From positions 32,001-96,000 of the IMG/VR virus record IMGVR_UViG_3300009593_000010: a stretch of DNA of 64,000 nucleotides; one strand, 5' to 3'. The DNA comes from a virus. A program made the position numbers and the translations under genes. The notes under the pieces were generated by a model that saw only the letters and a program-made list of their open reading frames with translations, had not been told where the DNA came from and made no database searches. Below, in pieces: positions 21,616-30,866 of the stretch; position 1 is the stretch's first letter; the number at the start of each line of letters is the position of its first letter.

Positions 21616-23190
21616 ATGACTTCAAAGATAAAAACACCAAGTGGATGGGTCGATACCTATGGTATGCGTGTCAAGACGCCTGGTGGTTGGAATAAAGTAG
21701 TTGATGTAAAAAGAAAGACACCTACAGGATGGGTGTTTCAAACTGGTACTATACAGGTTACTCAACCTTATCAACAAACATATCAGCAAGGATATCAACA
21801 ACCATTTCAACAAGGATATCAACAACCTTACCAAGCACAAAATAGTAGACCTTCTAATTATGAACAAACAATTAATAGACCTTCAAGTTATGAGGTAACT
21901 ATTAATAGACCTTCTAGTTATGAGGTGACAATTAATAGACCTTCTAGTTATGAGGTGACAATTAATAGACCTAGTTCTTACGAACAAACTATACCTAGGC
22001 CTGGTTCTTATGAACAAACTATACCTAGACCTGCTAACTACGAACAAACTATACCTAGGCCTGGTTCTTATGAACAAACTATACCTAGACCCACAACCTA
22101 TCAGACACAAAATTATCGTCCACCTACTTATGAACAGACGATACCTAGACCCACAACCTATCAGACTCAAGGCACTAGACCAACATTCTATCAGACTCAA
22201 GGAACAAACTATCGTCCAGCATTCTATCAGACTCAAGGTCAGACCTTCTATCAGACTCAAGGTCAAACATTTTATCAGTCACAGGGTACTAACTATAGAC
22301 CAGCATTCTATCAAACACAGGGTACTAACTATAGACCAGCATTCTATCAGACTCAAGGACAAACATTCTACCAAACACAGGGTACTAACTATCGTCCTAC
22401 AGGTTATCAACAACAGGCTGGAAACTTCTTCTTCCAAATTGGTAAGGGTCAACCAGTCTATGTTCCGTTTTTACAAGTACCAGCAACAAGGCCAAGTATT
22501 TCTGGATTCTATCAAATACAGAATGCACAATTTTATCAGATTCAAAATTCAAGACCTACTGTTCAAGGGTTCTATCAGATTCAAAATGCAAGACCTACTG
22601 TTCAAGGGTTCTATCAAATTCAGAATGCTCAATTCTATCAGATTCAGAATGCTCAATTCTATCAGATTCAAAATTCAAGACCTACTGTACAGGGATTCTA
22701 CCAGATTCAAAATGCAAGACCTACATTCTATCAAATACAGAATTCAAGGCCTGCAAACTATGAAGTAACTATCAGTAGACCTCAGTATTATCAAACTCAG
22801 AATTCAAGGCCTGCAAACTATGAAGTAACTATTAACAGACCTACATCTTATGAGGTAACTATTAACAGACCTACATCTTATGAGGTCACAATTAACAGAC
22901 CGACTTCATATGAGGTAACTATTAATAGACCTACAAACTATGAACAAACAATTAATAGACCTACAAACTACGAACAAACAATTAATAGACCTACTAATTA
23001 TGAACAAACAATTAACAGACCGACTTCATATGAGGTAACTATTAACAGACCTACAACTTATCAGACACCTGCTACAAGACCTGCCACAAGACCTAGTACG
23101 AGACCAGCAACAAGACCTAGTACGAGACCTTCTACTAGACCAGTTGCAACATGGGATGGAGATATCAACAAACCTTGGCCTGCAGATTAG
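21616..23190 (+). CDS. Mirror-symmetric repeat protein (524 aa), probable virion fibre/whisker
   Basis: SD GGAG/GAGG upstream. Uninterrupted ORF of 4-, 8-, 10- and 12/13-aa repeats; three KTPxGW motifs at the N-terminus. Confidence 0.85.
   Translation: MTSKIKTPSGWVDTYGMRVKTPGGWNKVVDVKRKTPTGWVFQTGTIQVTQPYQQTYQQGYQQPFQQGYQQPYQAQNSRPSNYEQTINRPSSYEVTINRPSSYEVTINRPSSYEVTINRPSSYEQTIPRPGSYEQTIPRPANYEQTIPRPGSYEQTIPRPTTYQTQNYRPPTYEQTIPRPTTYQTQGTRPTFYQTQGTNYRPAFYQTQGQTFYQTQGQTFYQSQGTNYRPAFYQTQGTNYRPAFYQTQGQTFYQTQGTNYRPTGYQQQAGNFFFQIGKGQPVYVPFLQVPATRPSISGFYQIQNAQFYQIQNSRPTVQGFYQIQNARPTVQGFYQIQNAQFYQIQNAQFYQIQNSRPTVQGFYQIQNARPTFYQIQNSRPANYEVTISRPQYYQTQNSRPANYEVTINRPTSYEVTINRPTSYEVTINRPTSYEVTINRPTNYEQTINRPTNYEQTINRPTNYEQTINRPTSYEVTINRPTTYQTPATRPATRPSTRPATRPSTRPSTRPVATWDGDINKPWPAD
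21769..22401 (+). repeat. N-arm coding tandem repeats (YQQx, RPxxYE[QV]TI, FYQTQG units)
   Basis: Direct repeats with 12-, 24-, 30- and 36-nt periods, e.g. tatgaggtaactattaatagacct. Confidence 0.9.
22507..23139 (+). repeat. C-arm coding tandem repeats (FYQIQN, RPTxYE[VQ]TIN, RPxT units)
   Basis: Direct repeats with 24-, 39-, 30- and 12-nt periods. Confidence 0.9.
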
Positions 23191-23247
23191 TGATTTGAGA
23201 ACTCTATATACTAATATAGAGAATTAACTTTATTATGGAGATATATT

Positions 23248-23871
23248 ATGTTATTAGTATACGATAACGACAACCAATTACATTTAATCAACAGTACAGG
23301 ATTACGATGGAATTATGAGCGTGCAGACAAACCAGACTTAGGTTTCGATTACGATTACCTATTTTATAACCCAACCGAAGATGAAACTTTTGAAATTCAA
23401 GGAAATGTATTTCCATTGAGTCAAGAGCAAATTGATAGTATTGAAGAATATATTAATCTTGCAGAACCACCAGACATCTGTAATCTACAAAATCAATTTA
23501 CAGATGATTTAAAACATCATATTTTTGAACAGTTTGAAAATGGATTCTTTGGTGACTTGGGATATAATGGATGGGGTGATCTTCTTATCACTGCGAGAGA
23601 GGGCTCTAACGACCCATATCGTGCAGAGGCAAGACGATGTTTAGAGTTTAGGGACTTTGTTATGCAATCTTATTATAGATTAAGAGAAGAGATTCTTGCA
23701 TCTGAGGATGCAGACTTACTGCCATTTGAGGATTACATAGGTAAACTACCTATAGTTCCACAGTCAGATTGGTTCTCAAGAGGTGATAGACCTATCGCAG
23801 AACGACTTCAACTACTTGCCGATAGTGATACTTTAGATATCAATGGTGGGGAAGATAGTAGGAGATTCTAA
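23248..23871 (+). CDS. Putative tail-fibre assembly/chaperone-like protein
   Basis: C-half GY..WGDLL.....S.DPYRAEARRCLEFRDFV...Y....EI......PFEDYIGKLP resembles phage fibre-associated small proteins. Follows the repeat gene directly. Confidence 0.5.
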   Translation: MLLVYDNDNQLHLINSTGLRWNYERADKPDLGFDYDYLFYNPTEDETFEIQGNVFPLSQEQIDSIEEYINLAEPPDICNLQNQFTDDLKHHIFEQFENGFFGDLGYNGWGDLLITAREGSNDPYRAEARRCLEFRDFVMQSYYRLREEILASEDADLLPFEDYIGKLPIVPQSDWFSRGDRPIAERLQLLADSDTLDINGGEDSRRF

Positions 23872-23874
23872 ATA

Positions 23875-24789
23875 ATGGATATCCATTCATGGATGGACGA
23901 CCCTTTAGACATCGTATATCTTGACAAATCAAAACCATTAGACGAGTTACCCCACAAACAAGCTTGGGTAATCGACAATTTTCTAACTCCAGCAGAGTTC
24001 GCTGCGTGGACGGAGTGGAGAATAGTTCATTCAGACTACAAACTTTCAAATAGAGTTATGCGTGAAGGGGAGATGCAACATCTCTACTTTGGTCAGTCTT
24101 GTTATTTTGCTTATGACCAATTCTTTGAGAGACCAGATGAGGGGTTTCATGAGAGTGTCGAACAAGGAACTAAGGGACAACTTGCAAAGAGACATTGGAG
24201 AAGGATTCAACCAGACTGGAAAAAAAGAGTAATCTCAAGGCCAAATGTTGGACATTGCCACCCAATGTTAGATACTTTTGGTTGGAAACTACAACAACAG
24301 TTTAGATTTGATTGGGTAAGATTCCAGTATTGTGGATTCAATGGTCAGATAACAGGACAAGATGGAACAGTCCATGAGGATACACACAAAGATGGTAGGA
24401 GTGAAAACAACCTTACATTCTTATTCTATGATCAAGAACACTGGGAAGATGACTGGGGTGGAGATTTAATATTTTTTAATTCCGAGTTTCATAATCCAGA
24501 ATTGGGTATAGGAATACCAGAAAACGAGAAGGATTATGAGATAGGACGGATAAAATATAAACCTAATCGTCTTATAGTAGTAAATGGTATGATATCTCAT
24601 AGACATCCAGGCCCTGCAATACCATACGATAAACCAAACTTTCCCTTTAGAACAAGTATGGTCATGAGGGGTGATGAAATTAAACTATGGAAAAGGGGTC
24701 TATATAAACATATAGAATATGATAATGGTAAGTGGGAAACCCTACCAACCCTAAAGGAAGAGTATAAACTATGGACAGAAGAACAGTAA
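23875..24789 (+). CDS. 2OG-Fe(II) oxygenase
   Basis: VHEDT (HxD), LTFLFY..W..DWGGDL.F, YKPNRLIVVNGMISHR, R-x-S. Confidence 0.85.
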   Translation: MDIHSWMDDPLDIVYLDKSKPLDELPHKQAWVIDNFLTPAEFAAWTEWRIVHSDYKLSNRVMREGEMQHLYFGQSCYFAYDQFFERPDEGFHESVEQGTKGQLAKRHWRRIQPDWKKRVISRPNVGHCHPMLDTFGWKLQQQFRFDWVRFQYCGFNGQITGQDGTVHEDTHKDGRSENNLTFLFYDQEHWEDDWGGDLIFFNSEFHNPELGIGIPENEKDYEIGRIKYKPNRLIVVNGMISHRHPGPAIPYDKPNFPFRTSMVMRGDEIKLWKRGLYKHIEYDNGKWETLPTLKEEYKLWTEEQ

Positions 24790-25574
24790 TATTAGTCATG
24801 GGATTGCCTGGCTCAGGTAAAACAACCATGTCTGAACAACTAAAGTACCACCTTGATGCAGAACATTTTGAAGCAGATGTGGTTAGAAAGGTCGAAGATG
24901 ACTGGGACTTTAGTGAAAAAGGAAGAATGAAGCAGGTAACTAGAATGAAGAAACTTGCTAAACAGAGTGAAAGTAATTATGTAATATGTGATTTTGTGTG
25001 TCCTTATGTTGAAGGAAGGAAGATTTTAAAACCAGATTACATTGTATTCATGGATACTATTGAGAAAGGAAGGTGGAAGGATACTAATAAACTGTTCCAG
25101 AGACCTAGTAAATCAGAGGTAGATTACATTGTAGAGGACTTTAATGCAGAGTTACATGCAGAAATTATATCCAGAAGTATACTTGCAGACCAGAAATTCT
25201 TTGATGAGAGAGAACCAACAGTACAAATGTTAGGTAGATTTCAACCATTTCATGATGGTCATCTTGAGTTGTTTAAAAGAGCAATCGAGAAAACTGGACA
25301 AGTAAGTATCATGGTGAGGGAAATGCATAGAGCTCAATCAGACCCTTTTGACTTTAAAACAGTCAAACAGAACATAAAAATGTTCTTATTGGGTGATGGG
25401 TACGAAGAAAACAAAGATTATATTATACAGAAAGTGCCAAATATAGTTAACATAACCTACGGAAGAAGAGTAGGGTATGATATAGAAGAAGAAAAATTTA
25501 ATCAAGAGATAGAGGAAGTAAGTTCTACAGAACTGAGAAGACAACTTGGAGTCACGAAGGAAAAGTTTATATAA
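24771..25574 (+). CDS. Adenylylsulfate (APS) kinase-like domain fused to a HIGH-type nucleotidyltransferase-like domain
   Basis: P-loop GLPGSGKTT and ADVVR...WDFSEKGR (CysC-like). Second domain GRFQPFHDGH. Confidence 0.8.
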   Translation: MDRRTVILVMGLPGSGKTTMSEQLKYHLDAEHFEADVVRKVEDDWDFSEKGRMKQVTRMKKLAKQSESNYVICDFVCPYVEGRKILKPDYIVFMDTIEKGRWKDTNKLFQRPSKSEVDYIVEDFNAELHAEIISRSILADQKFFDEREPTVQMLGRFQPFHDGHLELFKRAIEKTGQVSIMVREMHRAQSDPFDFKTVKQNIKMFLLGDGYEENKDYIIQKVPNIVNITYGRRVGYDIEEEKFNQEIEEVSSTELRRQLGVTKEKFI

Positions 25575-25800
25575 GGCTATTACTTACAGAATTTTATCTG
25601 TAATTGCAACTGGATGTATAAGTTATGCTATAACTGGTTCAGTTCAAGTGGCTGGTGCCATAATGTATTTTGATACTATAATAAAACTCTTCTTATTTTA
25701 CTTTCACGAAAGAGCATGGGAACAAGGTATTGCCAAGAAAAGTAAAAACCCTAAAGGGCAAGAATGGAGAAAGGGAACTCTCTGGGATAAAGATTTATGA
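25546..25800 (+). CDS. DUF2061-like small membrane protein
   Basis: ESRRKSLYKAITYRILS...KLFLFYFHERAW signature. Confidence 0.8.
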   Translation: MESRRKSLYKAITYRILSVIATGCISYAITGSVQVAGAIMYFDTIIKLFLFYFHERAWEQGIAKKSKNPKGQEWRKGTLWDKDL

Positions 25801-26768
25801 CTACAGAAAATAAGTGTCCAGTTGAACACAAGGTAAATAAAATAAAGTTTCGCACAGCAGACGAAGATGCCTATCGTGATGGAGTCTTTCAACCAGTTCC
25901 AGCATCCAAAGCAAAACCAGAGTGGTATAATAATTTAAGAATCTATAGAGATAACAGTGATAAAAGCTTTGGTAACATGTCTGCAAAGGCATGTCCATCT
26001 ATACATGATTGGTTTCAGAGTGGTTATATCATTAGAACAAACAAGACTATTTTAGTATTACAAGAGTTTGGCCCTCAGATTCTTGAACGAATGCATGAAG
26101 ATGAACTCGCAGAGAAGGCTAGACAGGGTGAAAAAGCAGATCAAAGGGGTTGTGCATTTGTATTAAAGGATGATATCAACACCTTTGAAGAAGCAGAAAA
26201 ATTAAAAGAAAGGTTCTTTGAAACAAAGGAGTTGACACCAAACGATAACTACGATGATTCAGAGATACATCTTCATATTAAGATAGATGCAAGATATAAT
26301 ATCACTGGTGGACATAATGGTGGTCAGTTGTTAGGTTCTCATATGGAAGATAAGATGTCCATTAAGTTTAGAACGCCGTGGACTGTATCAACACCAGAAG
26401 GATACTCTTGTTATTGGTTAGACCCATTCATGCATTATAACCCATATTTCATGACATGGCAAGGGATAATGGATACTGATAAGTGGAATCAAGTTGATAC
26501 TAACTGCATTACTATACTATATCCTAAAATAAAAGGCAACTTTATTATACCAAAAGGAACTCCAATTGTCCAGATAGTTCCTTTCCGAAGGGAACATTGG
26601 GAACATGAACTTGTTTTTGAAGAAGATGGTGTGTTAGATTATATGGACGATCCCATGATAAAAGCAATGGACAGAAGAACCAGATCAAATGAACAAATCA
26701 TTGGTACTGGAGATAACAAAGTAAACCTATATCGAAAGGAGGCTTGGACGCCCAAGAAATTTAAATAA
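25797..26768 (+). CDS. DUF6065-like protein (beta-clip/dUTPase-like fold, by inference)
   Basis: KACPSIHD..GYII, KFRTPW...TPEGYS, GIMDTDKW, IPKGTPIVQIVPFRRE. Confidence 0.6.
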   Translation: MTTENKCPVEHKVNKIKFRTADEDAYRDGVFQPVPASKAKPEWYNNLRIYRDNSDKSFGNMSAKACPSIHDWFQSGYIIRTNKTILVLQEFGPQILERMHEDELAEKARQGEKADQRGCAFVLKDDINTFEEAEKLKERFFETKELTPNDNYDDSEIHLHIKIDARYNITGGHNGGQLLGSHMEDKMSIKFRTPWTVSTPEGYSCYWLDPFMHYNPYFMTWQGIMDTDKWNQVDTNCITILYPKIKGNFIIPKGTPIVQIVPFRREHWEHELVFEEDGVLDYMDDPMIKAMDRRTRSNEQIIGTGDNKVNLYRKEAWTPKKFK

Positions 26769-27514
26769 TGTATCATCCCCTATTTCCAACAAACTGTTTC
26801 ACCTTTGATATGTGTGGAGACGACCCAGAAACACAAATTAATGAAGATGGTTTTGCAAACCTATCTAAAGAAATTTATAGAATGAGAAAGAAAGACCCTA
26901 TTGGTCGTGCAAGATCAAATGCAGATAGTGGGTGGCAGTCCAATGATGGTATAAAAGAAAATCCACTCTTTCAAGGAATGGTTAATCGAATAGGTAGATT
27001 CTTTGAGAGGGAGATATTTCCTTTTCATGGTGATGTGGATCACCACCTAAAAGTATTGCATGGAAATTATTGGGCAAACATTAATAACATTGGTGGGTAT
27101 AACAATACACATACACATCCAGGCTGTTGGTATTCTGGTGTTATCTATATTGATCTACCATCTAATATGAAAGGTGGTAATTTACAGTTAATAGATGGTG
27201 TTGCAAAACATTATAGTATGTTTCCTACCATGTCAAACAGATCAATGGCTTGGCAAAACTTTGAACCGAAGGTTGGTAAGTTAATATTATTTCCTTCAAC
27301 AACTTTACACTTTGTAGAACCTAATCAAACGGATGGAGATAGAATCTCAATTGCATTTAACAACTCCTTTACTGAAAGAAGAATCAATATGGAGAACCAA
27401 GATGACATGCCGTTTGGTATAGTAAATAGTCATAATGAGGATTTAGGATTCTATGATCATGGTACTCCATCCTATGAAGTAGACTCTGATGGAAATCTTC
27501 ACTTTCCTAAATAG
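26768..27514 (+). CDS. 2OG-Fe(II) oxygenase, TIGR02466-like
   Basis: WANINNIGGYNNTHTHPGCWYSGVIYI...PKVGKLILFPS..LHFV.PN....RISIAFN. Confidence 0.85.
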   Translation: MYHPLFPTNCFTFDMCGDDPETQINEDGFANLSKEIYRMRKKDPIGRARSNADSGWQSNDGIKENPLFQGMVNRIGRFFEREIFPFHGDVDHHLKVLHGNYWANINNIGGYNNTHTHPGCWYSGVIYIDLPSNMKGGNLQLIDGVAKHYSMFPTMSNRSMAWQNFEPKVGKLILFPSTTLHFVEPNQTDGDRISIAFNNSFTERRINMENQDDMPFGIVNSHNEDLGFYDHGTPSYEVDSDGNLHFPK

Positions 27515-27567
27515 TAGGATAGAGTGTCTTTCTGATACTCTTTCTCTGAAAATAATAGGATAGCAGT

Positions 27568-27819
27568 ATGGAACTGGAGATGACACATATAATTTGGAAC
27601 TTTTTATTGACGATTGGGGCTGCAGGCGTTGGTTGGTGGGTAATCAATCAGGCAAACGAACTTAAAAGAATCGAAATTCTACTAAACAGAACCAGAGAAG
27701 AAGTTGCAAGAGACTACATCCAGAAGGATGATTTAGAAAGAGCAATGAGACCAATAGTAGAATCTATCGAAAAAATTGACTCTAAATTAGACGATTTTCT
27801 AATCTCAAATCAAAAATAA
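27568..27819 (+). CDS. Single-TM plus coiled-coil small protein
   Basis: N-terminal hydrophobic helix followed by heptad-like region. A CCTAAATA late-promoter variant lies at 27506. Confidence 0.65.
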   Translation: MELEMTHIIWNFLLTIGAAGVGWWVINQANELKRIEILLNRTREEVARDYIQKDDLERAMRPIVESIEKIDSKLDDFLISNQK

Positions 27820-27865
27820 CCTAAATACTGTTAGACGATTATAAATTCTAACAGGGTAATATGTT

Positions 27866-28681
27866 ATGGCATCTCCAAACTCAACGGCGACACTAAAAGA
27901 ATATGCACTACGAAGACTGGGTAAACCAGTTATAGAGATTAATGTCGATGATGACCAGATTGATGATATCATTGACGATGCATTACAATACTATAAAGAG
28001 TACCACTACGATGGTACAATAAGAACCTATCTTAAACATCAAATCAATGATAATGATTTGGTTAATCAAAAGACAGATGCCTCTATGGCACAGTCTACTA
28101 CTGGAACACATATATCAAACTCTATGACCTATAAAGAGGGTCAAGGGTATATTGTTCTTCCAGAATCAGTAATGTCAGTATTAAGAATCTTCCCATTCAC
28201 TGATAAATCTGGAATGAATATGTTTGATATGAGATATCAATTGAGGTTAAACGATCTTTATGATTTATCTCACACATCAATTCTTCAATATGAGATGGTA
28301 CAAAACCAAGTGCAACTATTGGATGAATTGTTGGTAGGTGAAGTACCTATTAGATTTAACAAAGCACAAAACAGGTTATACCTAGATATGGACTGGACAA
28401 ATGCTGTCACAGCAAGTGATTGGGTTATTATTGATTGCTATCGTGCAATTAATCCTACCCAGTTTACCGATGTCTTTAATGATGTCTGGTTAAAAAAATA
28501 TGTGACTGCAAGGATCAAAGAACAATGGGGTGCAAATATGTCCAAGTTCGAGGGAATCCAATTACCAGGCGGTGTGACAATGAATGGACGACAAATATTA
28601 GAAGATGCAAAAGAAGAAATTGTGAAACTTGAGGAAGAGAGTACATTACAACAGACTGAGAATGCCATCTTCATAGGATAA
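27866..28681 (+). CDS. gp13: Neck protein gp13
   Basis: LKEYALRRLGKPVIEINVDDDQI...WLKKYVTARIKEQWGANMSKF.GIQLPGGVTMNG. Confidence 0.92.
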   Translation: MASPNSTATLKEYALRRLGKPVIEINVDDDQIDDIIDDALQYYKEYHYDGTIRTYLKHQINDNDLVNQKTDASMAQSTTGTHISNSMTYKEGQGYIVLPESVMSVLRIFPFTDKSGMNMFDMRYQLRLNDLYDLSHTSILQYEMVQNQVQLLDELLVGEVPIRFNKAQNRLYLDMDWTNAVTASDWVIIDCYRAINPTQFTDVFNDVWLKKYVTARIKEQWGANMSKFEGIQLPGGVTMNGRQILEDAKEEIVKLEEESTLQQTENAIFIG

Positions 28682-28685
28682 TAAC

Positions 28686-29597
28686 ATGCCTACGAATGTA
28701 TTCTTTAATCATGCAGTTGGGAGTGAACAAAACCTAGTAGAAGACCTAGTGGTCGAATCACTTAGACTCTACGGACATGAAGTATATTATCTTCCACGAA
28801 AAATCGTGGATGAGGATTCTTTGTTGGGTGAAGACCCATCCAGTAAGTTTGATGATGCATATATGGTTGAGATGTACATCGAAAACACCGAAGGTTTTGA
28901 AGGGGAAGGAGATTTATTAAGTAAGTTTGGTGTTGAAGTACGAGACCAATGTACTTTTGTTCTTGCAAAAAGAACATGGGATAGATTTATATCCTTAGAT
29001 CATAACCTTGTTACCACATTCAGACCACAAGAGGGAGACCTCGTTTACTTCCCATTAGGGAATCAAGTCTTTGAAATTAGATTCGTAGAGCATGAAAACC
29101 CATTCTACCAGTTGGGTAAAATCTTTGTATTTAAACTTTCATGTGAAACATTCGAGTATTCACATGAAGAGATCGATGTTGGTATTGCAGAACTTGATAA
29201 TATTGAAGATCAATTCTCATATCAAGTTCAAATGACATTGACAGATGGTGGTACTGGAACATTCCAAGTTGGAGAGACAGTTACCCAAACAGTTGCAACA
29301 GGATACACTGTAACAGGTAATGTAGTTAAATGGGAAGGAAATACAAGGAAACTATATATTAATAACATTAAATATAGTGACACTGGAGTTCCAACAACAT
29401 ATAATATGTTTAAAAAGACTGAGGGTAATGCTGGGAATGTAGTAGGTGGCACAAGTAATGCAAATTGGAGTGTGCAGATAGCACCAGACCCAATTGCAAT
29501 GACACAAGACCCTTCAGCAGATAATGCAGATTTTGAAACTGCTGGAGATAATATAATAGACTTTAGTGAGTCAAACCCATTTGGAACAGTAACATAG
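28686..29597 (+). CDS. gp14: Neck protein gp14
   Basis: EQNLVEDLVVESLRLYGHEVYYLPR, SKFGVEVRD, VEHENPFYQLGK, DFSESNPFG. Confidence 0.92.
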   Translation: MPTNVFFNHAVGSEQNLVEDLVVESLRLYGHEVYYLPRKIVDEDSLLGEDPSSKFDDAYMVEMYIENTEGFEGEGDLLSKFGVEVRDQCTFVLAKRTWDRFISLDHNLVTTFRPQEGDLVYFPLGNQVFEIRFVEHENPFYQLGKIFVFKLSCETFEYSHEEIDVGIAELDNIEDQFSYQVQMTLTDGGTGTFQVGETVTQTVATGYTVTGNVVKWEGNTRKLYINNIKYSDTGVPTTYNMFKKTEGNAGNVVGGTSNANWSVQIAPDPIAMTQDPSADNADFETAGDNIIDFSESNPFGTVT

Positions 29598-29598
29598 C

Positions 29599-30417
29599 AT
29601 GTTAGGTAAATCACACTTCTATCACGAGGCAATTAAAAGATCAGTATCAGTATTTGGTACGATGTTTAATGACATATCTATTGTTAGATATGATGCAGCT
29701 GGAGCACACAATACTTTAACTGTTCCTATTGCATACGGCCCAAAACAAAAGTGGATACAGAGATTAGATTCTTATACTGGTGAGGCAGGAGCTTCAAGAG
29801 TTGCAGTCACCTTACCTAGACTTGCATTTGAAATTACTGGACTTACTTATGATGCAGAAAGAAAGTTAGGTAAGTTAAAACAATATAAACTTGCAGATGG
29901 GAGTGATACTTCTATACTTAAAACACAATTTGCACCAGTACCTTATAATATTACTTTTGATTTGGTTGCAATTGCAAAGAACACAGAAGATAATTTACAA
30001 ATAGTAGAACAAATTTTACCATTCTTTACTCCAGACTTTACTGTTACAATAACAACAGTTCCTAATACTCTGGAAAAAAGAGATGTTCCTATCATACTAG
30101 ACTCAGTGACATATGCTGATGAGTATGAAGGAGACTTCCAGTCCAGAAGGGTTATAACTTGGACGATGAGTTTTACAATGAAAACTTATCTATATGGTAG
30201 TATATCTAAATCCGAAGTCATCAGAGATGTTCGTGCAAGAACCTATATATCTGATGATGGTAAGATGGATGGTAATGCTGGTAGAACAATAGAACAGAAA
30301 ATAGTACCCAATCCTACATCAGCAAATGTTGATGCGTCTCCATTAAGTTATACTGAGACGATGAACTTTTTTGATGATGGGTCATTTACATATAGTGATG
30401 ATGACACAACAATTTAA
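29599..30417 (+). CDS. gp15: Tail sheath stabilizer/completion protein gp15
   Basis: FYHEAIKRSVSVFGTMFNDI, VPIAYGPKQK, LPRLAFEI, LQIVEQILPFFTP. Confidence 0.92.
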   Translation: MLGKSHFYHEAIKRSVSVFGTMFNDISIVRYDAAGAHNTLTVPIAYGPKQKWIQRLDSYTGEAGASRVAVTLPRLAFEITGLTYDAERKLGKLKQYKLADGSDTSILKTQFAPVPYNITFDLVAIAKNTEDNLQIVEQILPFFTPDFTVTITTVPNTLEKRDVPIILDSVTYADEYEGDFQSRRVITWTMSFTMKTYLYGSISKSEVIRDVRARTYISDDGKMDGNAGRTIEQKIVPNPTSANVDASPLSYTETMNFFDDGSFTYSDDDTTI

Positions 30418-30419
30418 TT

Positions 30420-30866
30420 ATGAAAACCAAAGACACAGTAGATCAGAAGTTAGATCAACTTCTTGATGTTCAGAGGGAAGCCACTCAAGTAATTGAGACA
30501 ATTCCTTCCGACAAAAAAACCACAAACCAATCATTGGTTAAAGGAAACTCAATAGTTCGTTCAGATGAACGAAACATCGATTACAAATACACTCGTAATA
30601 CCCTCTATAACCTCGTAGAACGAGGACAGGATGCAGTGGAAGGAATCTTAGACCTTGCTAAAGAGGGTGAACATCCTCGTGCCTATGAGGTTGCAGGGCA
30701 GTTAATTAAGACAGTTGCAGACACATCTGAGAAACTACTTTACATCCAACAACAAATGCAGAAGATGGATGACCACGAAGGAATAAACACAAAAACTACA
30801 AACAATCTTTTTGTTGGTAGTACAGCAGAGTTACAAAAACTACTAAAGAAATCTAATGACGGATAG
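30420..30866 (+). CDS. gp16: Terminase small subunit gp16
   Basis: DYKYTRNTLYNLVERG..A...HPRAYEVAGQLIK...NNLFVGSTAELQKLL. Confidence 0.9.
   Translation: MKTKDTVDQKLDQLLDVQREATQVIETIPSDKKTTNQSLVKGNSIVRSDERNIDYKYTRNTLYNLVERGQDAVEGILDLAKEGEHPRAYEVAGQLIKTVADTSEKLLYIQQQMQKMDDHEGINTKTTNNLFVGSTAELQKLLKKSNDG

Noticed and set aside
21769-23139. 30-nt periodic repeats as a CRISPR array or DNA hairpin
   Set aside because: Repeats are contiguous with no unique spacers, vary at synonymous positions, keep one long frame, and are direct rather than inverted. No cas genes.
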